Source: Patescibacteria group bacterium
GTDB taxonomy: Bacteria > Patescibacteriota > Patescibacteriia > Magasanikbacterales > GWA2-37-8
Length of the DNA stretch: 64,000 nt
Assembly: GCA_041661385.1 (NCBI GenBank)
Contig: JBAZUP010000001.1
Coordinates: forward strand, 576,907-640,906
Reading direction: 5' to 3'
Shown: positions 31,465 through 39,947 of the stretch, piece after piece
How positions within the stretch are numbered: position 1 is the first letter of the stretch
Layout of the letters: the number at the start of each line of letters is the position of its first letter
Notes under the pieces: model-generated
Database searches by the model: none
Told to the model about the DNA's origin: nothing
Seen by the model: the letters and a program-made list of their open reading frames with translations, nothing else
Program-made: the position numbers and the translations under genes

Positions 31465-31564
31465 AGATGTTCCTTTCGCGAAGATGATGTGGGAGCTTCA
31501 GACCTCAAAAAAAGGTCTTTGTGTCCCCGCACCAACTTCATTAATATATTAAAAACCTAAAACA

Positions 31565-32134
31565 CTAAACGCGTGGCTTAATATTCTTGGGTTTTAATAC
31601 ATACCTCCGGTCTTGAATAAGAAACTTTCCTTTGTCCGATGAAAGATCCATAAAATCATCGGCCGCTTCAATAAGTTTGGCTGAGGCGGTGTTGCCAAAT
31701 GCGGCAACTTCTACCTGCTTACCTTGATTTTGTAAATATTCTACCAACGGCACATAATCGCCATCACCGCTCACGATAACAATCGCATCAAGACTTGGTG
31801 AAAGACGGATCGCATCGACAGTAATACCGACATCCCAATCGCCCTTTTTTTCACCGCCATAAAATATCTGCAATTGCTTTTCTTTGGTTTCAATACCGAG
31901 ATTATACAGAGCGTCAAAAAATGGCTGTTCTTCTTTGCCTTCAGTACTAATCACATAGGCAATGGCCCGGATTAATTTCCGGCCCGCCGTGACTTCTTCG
32001 ACAATATTGCCAAAATTTACCTTCTGGCCAAAAAGATTTTTGGCACTGTAATACATGTTCTGAACATCAATAAACACCCCGACCCGTTGATCGGAGTGTT
32101 TTAAAGGATGATTTTTATTAGGCTGCTGCTTCAT
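31565..32134 (-). CDS. NYN/LabA-like domain protein
   Basis: [10 protein letters not shown] ... DVGITVDAI ... [14 protein letters not shown] nuclease-fold motifs. Confidence 0.65.
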   Translation of the reverse strand: MKQQPNKNHPLKHSDQRVGVFIDVQNMYYSAKNLFGQKVNFGNIVEEVTAGRKLIRAIAYVISTEGKEEQPFFDALYNLGIETKEKQLQIFYGGEKKGDWDVGITVDAIRLSPSLDAIVIVSGDGDYVPLVEYLQNQGKQVEVAAFGNTASAKLIEAADDFMDLSSDKGKFLIQDRRYVLKPKNIKPRV

Positions 32135-32486
32135 TTTCTTTGGCGAGGATAGCGGCCTCGTCTTCCATTATTTCGTCTTCTACCACACCGGCGTTTACAC
32201 CAGGTTTGGTGATAACACGGCTGGCTTTAATTTTGAGTTTTTTTACTAACGCATCGTAAGAGGTTGGATCTTCACGTTTAATAAAACGCATAAGACTGCG
32301 GCGGGAACTAACCTTGCGTAAGAGACCGCGGCGGGATGAGTGATCCTTTGGGTGCTCTTTAAGGTGGCCGCTGAGCTCTTCAATTTCGGCGGTGAGGATA
32401 GCGATTTGGACTTCAGACGAACCGGTATCTCCGGCGTGAGTCTGAAATTTTTTGATTATCGCCTGTTTTTTCTTTGTTTCCATCAT
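32118..32486 (-). CDS. rpsO: 30S ribosomal protein S15 (with an acidic C-terminal extension of about 35 aa)
   Basis: [17 protein letters not shown]...[23 protein letters not shown] matches the uS15 core. Shows the classical rpsO-pnp neighbourhood. Confidence 0.8.
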   Translation of the reverse strand: MMETKKKQAIIKKFQTHAGDTGSSEVQIAILTAEIEELSGHLKEHPKDHSSRRGLLRKVSSRRSLMRFIKREDPTSYDALVKKLKIKASRVITKPGVNAGVVEDEIMEDEAAILAKENEAAA

Positions 32487-32640
32487 ACATGCATAGATGT
32501 TACCAAGCTAAGCAAGGGCATGTCCTTGGTAGTTTGGTCTCTATTTGCCCCCCGCTGAAAAGCGGAGATAGAGAAATATTATTGGTTGAGTATAGCAAAA
32601 GACTCTATTTTTGTCAATCTCCCAAGAGTCCCTTAGCCGA
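32487..32640 (-). promoter_or_regulatory. rpsO promoter (TTGACA, 17 nt, TATACT) and structured leader (nested hairpins), likely S15 autoregulatory element
   Basis: On the minus strand: ttgacaaaaatagagtcttttgctatact, then TCTCTATCT-CCGC-TTTTCA-GCGG-GGGGCAA-ATAGAGA and ACCAAG...CTTGGT stems before the ATG. Confidence 0.4.
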
Positions 32641-32657
32641 AGATACCTTGTGGCAAT

Positions 32658-33014
32658 TTATTTAGACAACTGACTGAATACATAATTAGTAATTGCGTAG
32701 GCGCCGATGGTAATAATAAGACCCCAGATTGCGGAACTCAATGTCTCTTTGGCTTTGGATACAAGTTCCTCATTTCCGCGAGCGGTCATCCAGCGGATGC
32801 CGGCCATTGTTATTAACCCAAAAAAAACAAACCCAATCAAGCCAAGTACTGCGCTTATTGAAGCCTCAACTATTGAATAGACACTACTACCCGCGCCGGT
32901 GTCATACTGCGCTTTATTTGCTGCCGGATTTAAACCGTAGCTAACTGCCAAAACCGGCTTAACGGAAATTAATAAAAATGATAGTACTCCCAATAATAAA
33001 ATTTTTCTTTTCAT
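32658..33014 (-). CDS. TrbC/VirB2-like pilin-family small membrane protein (dispersed paralog)
   Basis: Signal peptide, then TM - RWMTARGNEE - TM, the same architecture and motif as the array at 35.0-39.9 kb. Confidence 0.55.
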   Translation of the reverse strand: MKRKILLLGVLSFLLISVKPVLAVSYGLNPAANKAQYDTGAGSSVYSIVEASISAVLGLIGFVFFGLITMAGIRWMTARGNEELVSKAKETLSSAIWGLIITIGAYAITNYVFSQLSK

Positions 33015-33064
33015 ACCTTGCTTTTTCGGTAAAAATTAAGTAACATAGGTGTGTTTTTCAAAAT

Positions 33065-33136
33065 GACCTTGTAGTTCAATGGATAGAACAGCAGCCTTCT
33101 AAGCTGCGGATCTAGGTTCGATTCCTAGCAGGGTCA
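33065..33136 (+). tRNA. tRNA-Arg (anticodon TCT)
   Basis: Acceptor GACCTTG/CAGGGTC, anticodon stem GCAGC/GCTGC with loop CTTCTAA, T-arm CTAGG-TTCGATT-CCTAG, followed by a terminator hairpin. Confidence 0.75.
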
Positions 33137-33253
33137 CAATAAAATGCGTCTTTAAGACGCTTTTATTATAGCAAAGATTGTATTTGTTGTCATTCAGTGA
33201 ATCGCAGTAAAAAAATACCCTGATATAAATCAGGGTATTTTAAATTTTCAATA

Positions 33254-33634
33254 TTACTGCGCGGAAGCTGGTGTGCCAATATTAACCGGTGCCACCTCAA
33301 TAATCTTATTGGAAGTCGGATTATACATATAAGCTTTTCTCGCACTTGTATAAATAAGCACCTTATCTCCGACACTCGCGTTATTAAAAAATGGTTGCTC
33401 TTTTTTTAATTTTTCCGGATCAGTAACGGTGGCTACGGTTGGAGTTTCACCGGACGGCAAAACAATAAGCTTCGAAACCTTATCGATAAGTTGTTGAGTC
33501 GATTCTTGAGCCGCCCTTTGAGGATCCTGCTTTAAAGTTGCCGTCTGACGATAAAAATAGACTGTCGTTGCACCTAAAATCAGCACTAAAACAACAAGGG
33601 TCAGAAGAAAGATTTTATTTTTGCCCTGCTCCAT
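33254..33634 (-). CDS. Hypothetical membrane-anchored protein
   Basis: N-terminal TM (IFLLTLVVLVLILGATTVYF). No recognisable domain. Confidence 0.4.
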   Translation of the reverse strand: MEQGKNKIFLLTLVVLVLILGATTVYFYRQTATLKQDPQRAAQESTQQLIDKVSKLIVLPSGETPTVATVTDPEKLKKEQPFFNNASVGDKVLIYTSARKAYMYNPTSNKIIEVAPVNIGTPASAQ

Positions 33635-33794
33635 ATTTTTCTATTTAATAAATGAGAGGTAGAGCCATTATATCACACTTTTTTAATGCTTCAAACTCCG
33701 GAAAAATGATTTTGTTGAAGTATGATATGCAATTTTAATTTGCAGAAATCCGTTTTAAAGCTAAAAACTCGCTTACAAAAATAAAAATCAGAAC

Positions 33795-33870
33795 TGGGGT
33801 GGCCTACGGGAATCGAACCCGTACTGCGAGATCCACAATCTCGCGTGCTAACCGCTACACCAAGACCACC
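33795..33870 (-). tRNA. tRNA-His (anticodon GTG) with encoded G-1 and CCA
   Basis: Reverse complement G-GTGGTCT...GTGT-AGCGGTTA-GCAC...CGAGA-TTGTGGA-TCTCG...ACGGG-TTCGATT-CCCGT-AGGCCAC-C-CCA. Confidence 0.7.
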
Positions 33871-33916
33871 CCACTTCTGACTTTTTAGTTACGCCATTAT
33901 AAACTACTTTTTACAA

Positions 33917-35047
33917 TTAATCAAGCCTTTGCTCCGAAATTGACCGATAAAGGTAATTTACTATCTCTTCATTACCGGACCGGAATTTTATCTTTTCATT
34001 TGCCATCAATATTTTTTTGCCATCTTCACCATCAATTACATCTTTTACCTTTTTTATAATTAATTCTGAATCCGTAAAATACCAACCCAGACCATTTTTT
34101 ACCACAAATTCCATTGTACCTTTTTCTTGCCCAAAAATAAAATGCGTAATAAGCAAAGGTTTCTGTAATAATAACGACTCATAAATAACCCCCGCGCCGG
34201 CCTTTGTAATAACCAAATCTGCTGCTCCCATCAACTCTGAAAGATTATCTACCCATCCCATTATCTTTGCTTCACTGTTATATTTTTGTTTTATACTGTG
34301 AAAGTTCTTCGCTTGACGCTTGTTAGTTCCACATACCGCAACCACTTCAGCGTTAATTTTATTTTTCAAAATCAGTTCGAATATTTTTTCTCCTTTTGGC
34401 AAACCATTTGCCCCACCAATCATCAAAATTATTTTTTTTCTTTCATTAATTTGATATTTATTTTTTACTTTCGCAACTTCCTCTGCCAATAAAATTTTTG
34501 TCGGGTGATTTACAATTTGATGAAATACAACTACCTTCTCCGGACTTACACCATTTGCCAATGCGATTTGTTTGGCAGCATCTGAATAAACAATATAGTG
34601 AAGGTTTTTATTATAAAACCAGATCGGCGAAACACTAAACGGATCAGTCACGATAATATATATCGGAATATCCATTTTTAAATCTTTTAAGGCGGAGCTA
34701 ATCGGTGAAACTAAAAAGTGCGTAGAAACAACCCCGCTCGGTTTATCAACCACCAGCCTGGCTTTAATTAAGGATTTTAAAAATAAATTAGTTAAAAAAT
34801 TTTCTAATTTTACTACTAACCTGCTGTTGTTTATAGTATAAATTACAGCATAAATCCAGGTTAAATTTTGTACCAGGAGAACATAACCGTTTTCAATAAT
34901 TAACCGAAAAAAAACTGAGGCCTGGTCGGCCATGTCAATTAATTTAGTCTCAGTTCCCGGATAAAGCCTTTTTAAATCCGATGCTAAGGCCTCCGCTGGA
35001 GCCTTATGTCCCCCTCCGGATTTGGCATAATATAGCCAAATTTTCAT
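33917..35047 (-). CDS. GT28-family glycosyltransferase (MGDG synthase/UgtP-like diacylglycerol glycosyltransferase)
   Basis: N-terminal SGGGH motif and a C-terminal MurG-like GT-B domain (ITKAGAGVIYESL). Confidence 0.6.
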   Translation of the reverse strand: MKIWLYYAKSGGGHKAPAEALASDLKRLYPGTETKLIDMADQASVFFRLIIENGYVLLVQNLTWIYAVIYTINNSRLVVKLENFLTNLFLKSLIKARLVVDKPSGVVSTHFLVSPISSALKDLKMDIPIYIIVTDPFSVSPIWFYNKNLHYIVYSDAAKQIALANGVSPEKVVVFHQIVNHPTKILLAEEVAKVKNKYQINERKKIILMIGGANGLPKGEKIFELILKNKINAEVVAVCGTNKRQAKNFHSIKQKYNSEAKIMGWVDNLSELMGAADLVITKAGAGVIYESLLLQKPLLITHFIFGQEKGTMEFVVKNGLGWYFTDSELIIKKVKDVIDGEDGKKILMANEKIKFRSGNEEIVNYLYRSISEQRLD

Positions 35048-35048
35048 A

Positions 35049-35504
35049 CTATTTATTAAGTGCCCTGTTCACAACATCATCAAGTGTTTGTCCGCCGCTG
35101 CCGGCATTGGTACCTAAATTTCTGCCGAGCGCCAAATTGGTTATCAAAATAGTTATTCCGTAAGCACTAATAATAATTAACAGACCAATAGTAGAATTTG
35201 CAATAGTTTTTTTTGATGAAGCAATTTGCTCGTCATTTCCCTGCGCCGTCATCCATTTGAAACCCGCAAACGCAATTAGCACAAATAAAACGGTACCGAC
35301 CAGAGATAAAAGCAATCTAATCATTTGTGAGGCGATTAGTCTTGGGTCTTTTGGTTCACTAAATCCAGCTCCAGTAGTTCCACCGGCGTGTCCAAGCTGA
35401 TTAAAAGATTCTGTGAGCCATCCTTGAGCGCTGGCTTTTGGTACCAATAGGAACAATGCTAACCATAGAACGGTTGTTATTAGAATTGTTTTCTTAAAAT
35501 TCAT
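35049..35504 (-). CDS. TrbC/VirB2-like pilin paralog 1 (FKWMTAQGNDEQI)
   Basis: Signal peptide, hydrophilic spacer, TM1, WMTAQGN-E loop, TM2, and a Gly/Asn-rich tail. Confidence 0.55.
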   Translation of the reverse strand: MNFKKTILITTVLWLALFLLVPKASAQGWLTESFNQLGHAGGTTGAGFSEPKDPRLIASQMIRLLLSLVGTVLFVLIAFAGFKWMTAQGNDEQIASSKKTIANSTIGLLIIISAYGITILITNLALGRNLGTNAGSGGQTLDDVVNRALNK

Positions 35505-35510
35505 ATGATT

Positions 35511-35903
35511 TTAAAATGATGTCGCTTGAGCAGTGTAAATCATGACAAAAGCAGTGATGCTATAAGCTGCGACGACTACAACCATACCAATTGTAGCGGT
35601 AGTAATAATATTTTTGGCTTTAGCTACTTGTTCTTCATTGCCCTGCGCAGTCATCCAAAGAAAACCAGAATAAACCATTAGAGCAAAGAAGATTGTACCA
35701 ACAAATGTTAAAACTATTTTAATTATCCGTCCGATTGTTTCAGAAAGGGTATATTGAGTTGTGTTTATACTAAAACCAGCATATCTCGCAATATTTTGCG
35801 CCGTTCCATTGTATCCTACCCCGATGTCTGGCGCGGCGAAAACCGGCACAATAAAAAATAATGAAATCATTAATGACAGAAAAAGGAAAAATTTATTTTT
35901 CAT
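35511..35903 (-). CDS. TrbC/VirB2-like pilin paralog 2 (FLWMTAQGNEEQV)
   Basis: Same architecture as paralog 1; 130 aa. Confidence 0.55.
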   Translation of the reverse strand: MKNKFFLFLSLMISLFFIVPVFAAPDIGVGYNGTAQNIARYAGFSINTTQYTLSETIGRIIKIVLTFVGTIFFALMVYSGFLWMTAQGNEEQVAKAKNIITTATIGMVVVVAAYSITAFVMIYTAQATSF

Positions 35904-35915
35904 ATTACATTAATT

Positions 35916-36416
35916 CTATGGAGCTGTCATACAACAAATCAAACTACTTGGGCAATCTGTTCCGGGCGCTTCAATTTCGAAATTCAGAGTACAGGAAGAT
36001 TTACATGTTCCACCATATTGACCTGTACAAGAAACGGATGTGTCACCGGTTGAACTGCTAATTCTTCCAGTTACAAAAGCGGTTATTGCATAGGCCGCCA
36101 TAACAACAACTAAACCAATTACGGCCTGTTGTATCATGCTTTTTGCATGGGATACTTTTTCTTCATTACCCTGCGCAGTCATCCAGGTAATTCCCGCCCA
36201 GACCGTTAACACCAAAAAAATTGTTCCAACTAACGATAACAGTCCGCTTATTACTGTTCCGACCGACATACTAAGATCGCCAGACAGTCCAACTTTACTT
36301 CCTTCGCCAACGGCAGATTTTAAATTATTTAATCCGTTTGTTAAAGGCGCGGCCTCAACAAAATTTTGAACTAGAAACAAACTACCGAGAGCCGCAATTA
36401 TTAAAACTTTTTTCAT
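35916..36416 (-). CDS. TrbC/VirB2-like pilin paralog 3 with a Cys-rich C-terminal tail (probable start at the internal MKKVLIIAAL)
   Basis: ITWMTAQGNEEKV motif and tail ...SCTGQYGGTCKSSCTLNFEIEAPGTDCPSSLICC. The ORF-track start at 36614 overlaps the upstream paralog. Confidence 0.5.
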   Translation of the reverse strand: MKKVLIIAALGSLFLVQNFVEAAPLTNGLNNLKSAVGEGSKVGLSGDLSMSVGTVISGLLSLVGTIFLVLTVWAGITWMTAQGNEEKVSHAKSMIQQAVIGLVVVMAAYAITAFVTGRISSSTGDTSVSCTGQYGGTCKSSCTLNFEIEAPGTDCPSSLICCMTAP

Positions 36417-36423
36417 ATAAAAA

Positions 36424-36975
36424 TTATTGACAAACACAAGTTGCAGAACCGTCTGCATCAACACAACTACCCGCTGTGTTGGACGCTGTAGTACAACTGC
36501 TATTAGTAACTCTGTTCGCACAAACCGCCTCACTACCGGAATTACAAACTGCCTGACTTGAGTTTCCCGTTTGTAAATTTGAAAAAATGAAATTTGTAAT
36601 TGCGTACGCAGCAAGAATCACAATAATTCCAATTGCTGCTGACTCGATGGTTTCTTTTGACTTGTCAATTTTTTCACTATTACCTCGCGCCGTCATCCAA
36701 TTAAAACCCGCATACAAAATCAAAAGGAAAAATACGATTCCAATTATCGACAAGACAATTTGAACAACCGAGCCAACCAACTCTGGTATAGCGTTTGGTC
36801 CGGCCTCAACTTCAGCAACCTTGGATGGCAAATAACAATCTTTTTTCCCCGAATCATTACAAGTCGCTTCTTGAGTCGCTTTCGTGCCATAATCAACGGC
36901 ATAACTATCTAAAGCCAATGAAAACCCGCCAAGCAAGACCAGAGCTAATAAGATTTTTCCAAAATTCTTTTTCAT
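36424..36975 (-). CDS. TrbC/VirB2-like pilin paralog 4 with a Cys-rich C-terminal tail (probable start at the internal MKKNFGKILL)
   Basis: FNWMTARGNSEKI motif and tail CNSGSEAVCANRVTNSSCTTASNTAGSCVDADGSATCVCQ. Confidence 0.5.
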   Translation of the reverse strand: MKKNFGKILLALVLLGGFSLALDSYAVDYGTKATQEATCNDSGKKDCYLPSKVAEVEAGPNAIPELVGSVVQIVLSIIGIVFFLLILYAGFNWMTARGNSEKIDKSKETIESAAIGIIVILAAYAITNFIFSNLQTGNSSQAVCNSGSEAVCANRVTNSSCTTASNTAGSCVDADGSATCVCQ

Positions 36976-37033
36976 ATATATTTTATCGAAATCGCGTCGT
37001 GAATCATTGATTGCTGCATTTTCAAACCCGCTT

Positions 37034-37435
37034 CTAATATGTTGCATTAACCAAATTCGTAATCACAAAATATGTAATCGAATATGAAACTAAAATTACC
37101 GCGAGTCCGATTACCCCGGTATATATTCGTCTTTTCGCTTGACTTACTTTTTCGTCGTTACCGGCCGAAGTCATCCATTCATATCCACCATACAACATTA
37201 TAACCAAAAAAATAATACCCACCATGCTGAGTGCAAGGCGGATCGTTTTGGCGGTAGTTATGCGAACATCCGTATCGGCAAAACCTGCAGTGCGCGGATA
37301 ACCAACACCAAGCGGATCAGCGCTGCCGGTCAGTAAAGATTGAGCAGAAACCGGCTGAAGATATACAGCTGCTCCGAATACAACCAAAAAAAGACCGATA
37401 ATTAGTCCCGTTATATTTTTATTTCGTAAATTCAT
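37034..37435 (-). CDS. TrbC/VirB2-like pilin paralog 5 (YEWMTSAGNDEKV)
   Basis: Same architecture; 133 aa. Confidence 0.55.
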   Translation of the reverse strand: MNLRNKNITGLIIGLFLVVFGAAVYLQPVSAQSLLTGSADPLGVGYPRTAGFADTDVRITTAKTIRLALSMVGIIFLVIMLYGGYEWMTSAGNDEKVSQAKRRIYTGVIGLAVILVSYSITYFVITNLVNATY

Positions 37436-37514
37436 AGCAGTTGTGTTTTCTATCTGCTAAAAGACACAATCCACTACCCAATCCGCGCAATTGCGCGGAT
37501 TGGGAGTTGATCTA

Positions 37515-37895
37515 CTAAGCTGTAGCTGTAACCAATTGATTGACGACAAAGTTTGCAAGACCGTAAGCTGATAGAATTATAGCGAGACCGATAACGGCCG
37601 CGATCATAATTTTCTTAGCTGTACCGACTTGTTCGTCGTTACCACCTGCAGTCATCCAAAGGAAGCCTGCGTAAAGCATCAATACTACTGTTACGATACC
37701 AAGGAACGCCATGGCGGCGCGAATGATTCTGGCGACAGTCGTACGGATGTCGGTTGTTGATAATCCGAGAGCCGGAGTAAGTTCACTGGTATTCAATAGC
37801 TCTGTTGGTGTGAGAGATTGAGCTAAAGCTGGGGTGAAAGTGAACAAGTTCAAACCGACCGCGAATATTGTTGCTAGTTTCTGAAAAGTTTTCAC
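37515..37895 (-). CDS. TrbC/VirB2-like pilin paralog 6 (FLWMTAGGNDEQV); probable GTG start after a GGAGG RBS
   Basis: The signal peptide begins at VKTFQKLATIFAVG. The upstream part of the 166-aa ORF-track frame has no signal-peptide character. Confidence 0.5.
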   Translation of the reverse strand: MKTFQKLATIFAVGLNLFTFTPALAQSLTPTELLNTSELTPALGLSTTDIRTTVARIIRAAMAFLGIVTVVLMLYAGFLWMTAGGNDEQVGTAKKIMIAAVIGLAIILSAYGLANFVVNQLVTATA

Positions 37896-38052
37896 AATTT
37901 CACCTCCCTTCCAAAATAGTTTTCTGACATATTTTATATTTTGACTCCTTCTCTGTCCATCACAAGCAGTTATACTTTTTAGTGAACTAAAACGTATAAT
38001 CCGCTTCCCAACCATGGTTTTATCAAAGGTTGGGAGCAGTTTAATTTTATTT

Positions 38053-38439
38053 TTATGGAGCAGTCGTGGCTGTCACTAATGAATTAATGACAAAATTCGC
38101 AATACCATACGCGGACAAAATAATTGCGAGACCGATGATGCCGGAGAAGATCCATTTTTTGGCTTCGCCGACTTTTTCATCGTTACCGCCAGCAGTCATC
38201 CAGGTGAAACCTCCGATAAGAATGATTACTACAGCGATTATACCAAGCATTCCCATGGCAACGCGAATTATGCGAGCAATGGTAATACGGATATCTGAGT
38301 CAGAAAGACCGGTAGCTGTTTGAATTCCTGTTGGCATTAATTCTGAACTTTGCAAAACAGTTTGCGCGAGTACTGGACTTGCTGCCAGCATGGTGGAACC
38401 CATTGCAATTACCGTGACAAATTTTTGTATTTTATTCAT
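38053..38439 (-). CDS. TrbC/VirB2-like pilin paralog 7 (FTWMTAGGNDEKV)
   Basis: Same architecture; 128 aa. Confidence 0.55.
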   Translation of the reverse strand: MNKIQKFVTVIAMGSTMLAASPVLAQTVLQSSELMPTGIQTATGLSDSDIRITIARIIRVAMGMLGIIAVVIILIGGFTWMTAGGNDEKVGEAKKWIFSGIIGLAIILSAYGIANFVINSLVTATTAP

Positions 38440-38534
38440 AGTTTCACCCCCTTTCGACTTTGAAATTTCGACATACTATATAAATCGACTGCGTATATTA
38501 TATCACACCTCGTTTTCAGGTGCAATTTATTAGC

Positions 38535-38924
38535 CTAAACCGATCCAGTAGACAATACTGTGGTCAATGTATTTACCAAAATATAGCTAGAAAGCACTAA
38601 TACTACACCAATTATTGCCCACAACATCGTGCTAGTACCTTTCTCAACTTTCTCAGTATTCCCAGCCGATGTCATCCATTGAAAACCACCCCAAATCAGC
38701 ATTAAAAGCGCGAGCGACCCCAAGATTCCAAGCGCTCCTTTAATGATTGTTCCGATGATAACAGTTGCATCAACTTTACTGCCAAGTGGATTATCAAGGC
38801 AAACATCCCCCACTTTTGGTACATAACCGGTTTTAGGATTTGCCACACAGGTTGCTGCTGAAACTGAAGAAAAATTCATAAACAGAACAAGTCCCGACAT
38901 TAATAACAATAAAGCTTTTTTCAT
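38535..38924 (-). CDS. TrbC/VirB2-like pilin paralog 8 (FQWMTSAGNTEKV)
   Basis: Same architecture; 129 aa. Confidence 0.55.
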   Translation of the reverse strand: MKKALLLLMSGLVLFMNFSSVSAATCVANPKTGYVPKVGDVCLDNPLGSKVDATVIIGTIIKGALGILGSLALLMLIWGGFQWMTSAGNTEKVEKGTSTMLWAIIGVVLVLSSYILVNTLTTVLSTGSV

Positions 38925-38934
38925 ATTAAACTTA

Positions 38935-39333
38935 CTACTTCAATTTCAAAAACACAAAATCAATTGCCATATAACTTACAGACATTACCGAAACCCCTAG
39001 CGCCGCCCAAATAATTATATTCTTGGCTGTCGTAATTTTTTCAGAATTTCCACTGGCTGTCATCCAAATTACACCGCCATAAACTACGAGCAAAAACATT
39101 ATCGCCCCCATAAACATCATGAGAGCTTTAATTGCAAGACCGATTATCTCTTGCCCGCTTAAAATTTTATTTTCTTTATTTTTTGGAAGTTGATTTAATG
39201 CTTGCGCATCAGCTTTTATTTTAGTCATCACTTTTTCGGCATCTTGATTTGAAGTGGCAGCCCCCGCAAATGCCGGTGAAAAAATCGCCAGCGAACAAAT
39301 AAACAATAAAATAATTTTTTTTAATTTATTCAT
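38935..39333 (-). CDS. TrbC/VirB2-like pilin paralog 9 (VIWMTASGNSEKI)
   Basis: Same architecture; 132 aa. Confidence 0.55.
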   Translation of the reverse strand: MNKLKKIILLFICSLAIFSPAFAGAATSNQDAEKVMTKIKADAQALNQLPKNKENKILSGQEIIGLAIKALMMFMGAIMFLLVVYGGVIWMTASGNSEKITTAKNIIIWAALGVSVMSVSYMAIDFVFLKLK

Positions 39334-39337
39334 ACAA

Positions 39338-39943
39338 CTACTGATTTAATTTAAACTGCGTTTCAATACCTACCGCATTACCGACAAAAATTACAATTGC
39401 ATAACCGCCGAAAGCGATGATTAGACCCAGCACTGCCGCGACAATAATACCCTTACCCTGCGCGACTTTTTCGGCATTTCCTTGCGAAAGGATCAATACA
39501 AAACCACCATAAACAAAATACAATAAAGTAACACCGCCAATAATACCAAATAAATAACGAATGATGTTAAACATTAAAATTAAAAAAACCGTTATGTCTC
39601 TGCATTCACCAACTACATTTGTTTCGTTTACACACGCCGGAAGAAATGCCCCCCATTTTTGTCCTACGGTTTTATCGGGCGCTGTAGCTGTAGTGTTAGC
39701 TAAATTATTTTTTGCACTTACGCAATCATTTACTGTCGTCATCCAAGCACAACTGGTGTATTTTGCATTTTGAGAATTGTTAAAATCACAAACGTCTTGA
39801 GTTGCCACATCTAAACAGGTGGTGTCAACTGCATTTTTTCCAACACAGAAACATTGGGCAGCTGCATTTGCTTCTTTTTTGAAAATAAAAACAGAAACAA
39901 GAATTAGCGCTCCAAATATAAATATCTGTGTATTTTTTTTCAC
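39338..39943 (-). CDS. TrbC/VirB2-like pilin paralog 10 with a Cys-rich N-terminal domain (divergent loop LSQGNAEKV)
   Basis: Signal peptide, an 8-Cys region of about 100 aa, then the TM - SQGNAEKV - TM core. Confidence 0.45.
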   Translation of the reverse strand: MKKNTQIFIFGALILVSVFIFKKEANAAAQCFCVGKNAVDTTCLDVATQDVCDFNNSQNAKYTSCAWMTTVNDCVSAKNNLANTTATAPDKTVGQKWGAFLPACVNETNVVGECRDITVFLILMFNIIRYLFGIIGGVTLLYFVYGGFVLILSQGNAEKVAQGKGIIVAAVLGLIIAFGGYAIVIFVGNAVGIETQFKLNQ

Positions 39944-39947
39944 AAAA

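Noticed and set aside
35916-38015. Long upstream extensions of pilin paralogs 3, 4 and 6 as given in the ORF track
   Set aside because: The extensions overlap the preceding paralog and lack signal-peptide character. Internal Met/GTG starts preceded by RBS give the family-typical N-terminus.
35049-39943. Possibility that the periodic repeated motif array is a CRISPR array
   Set aside because: The repeats are protein-coding paralogs (about 400-600 bp periodicity, each with a signal peptide and TM helices), not short DNA direct repeats with unique spacers. No CRISPR-like repeats were seen anywhere in the window.
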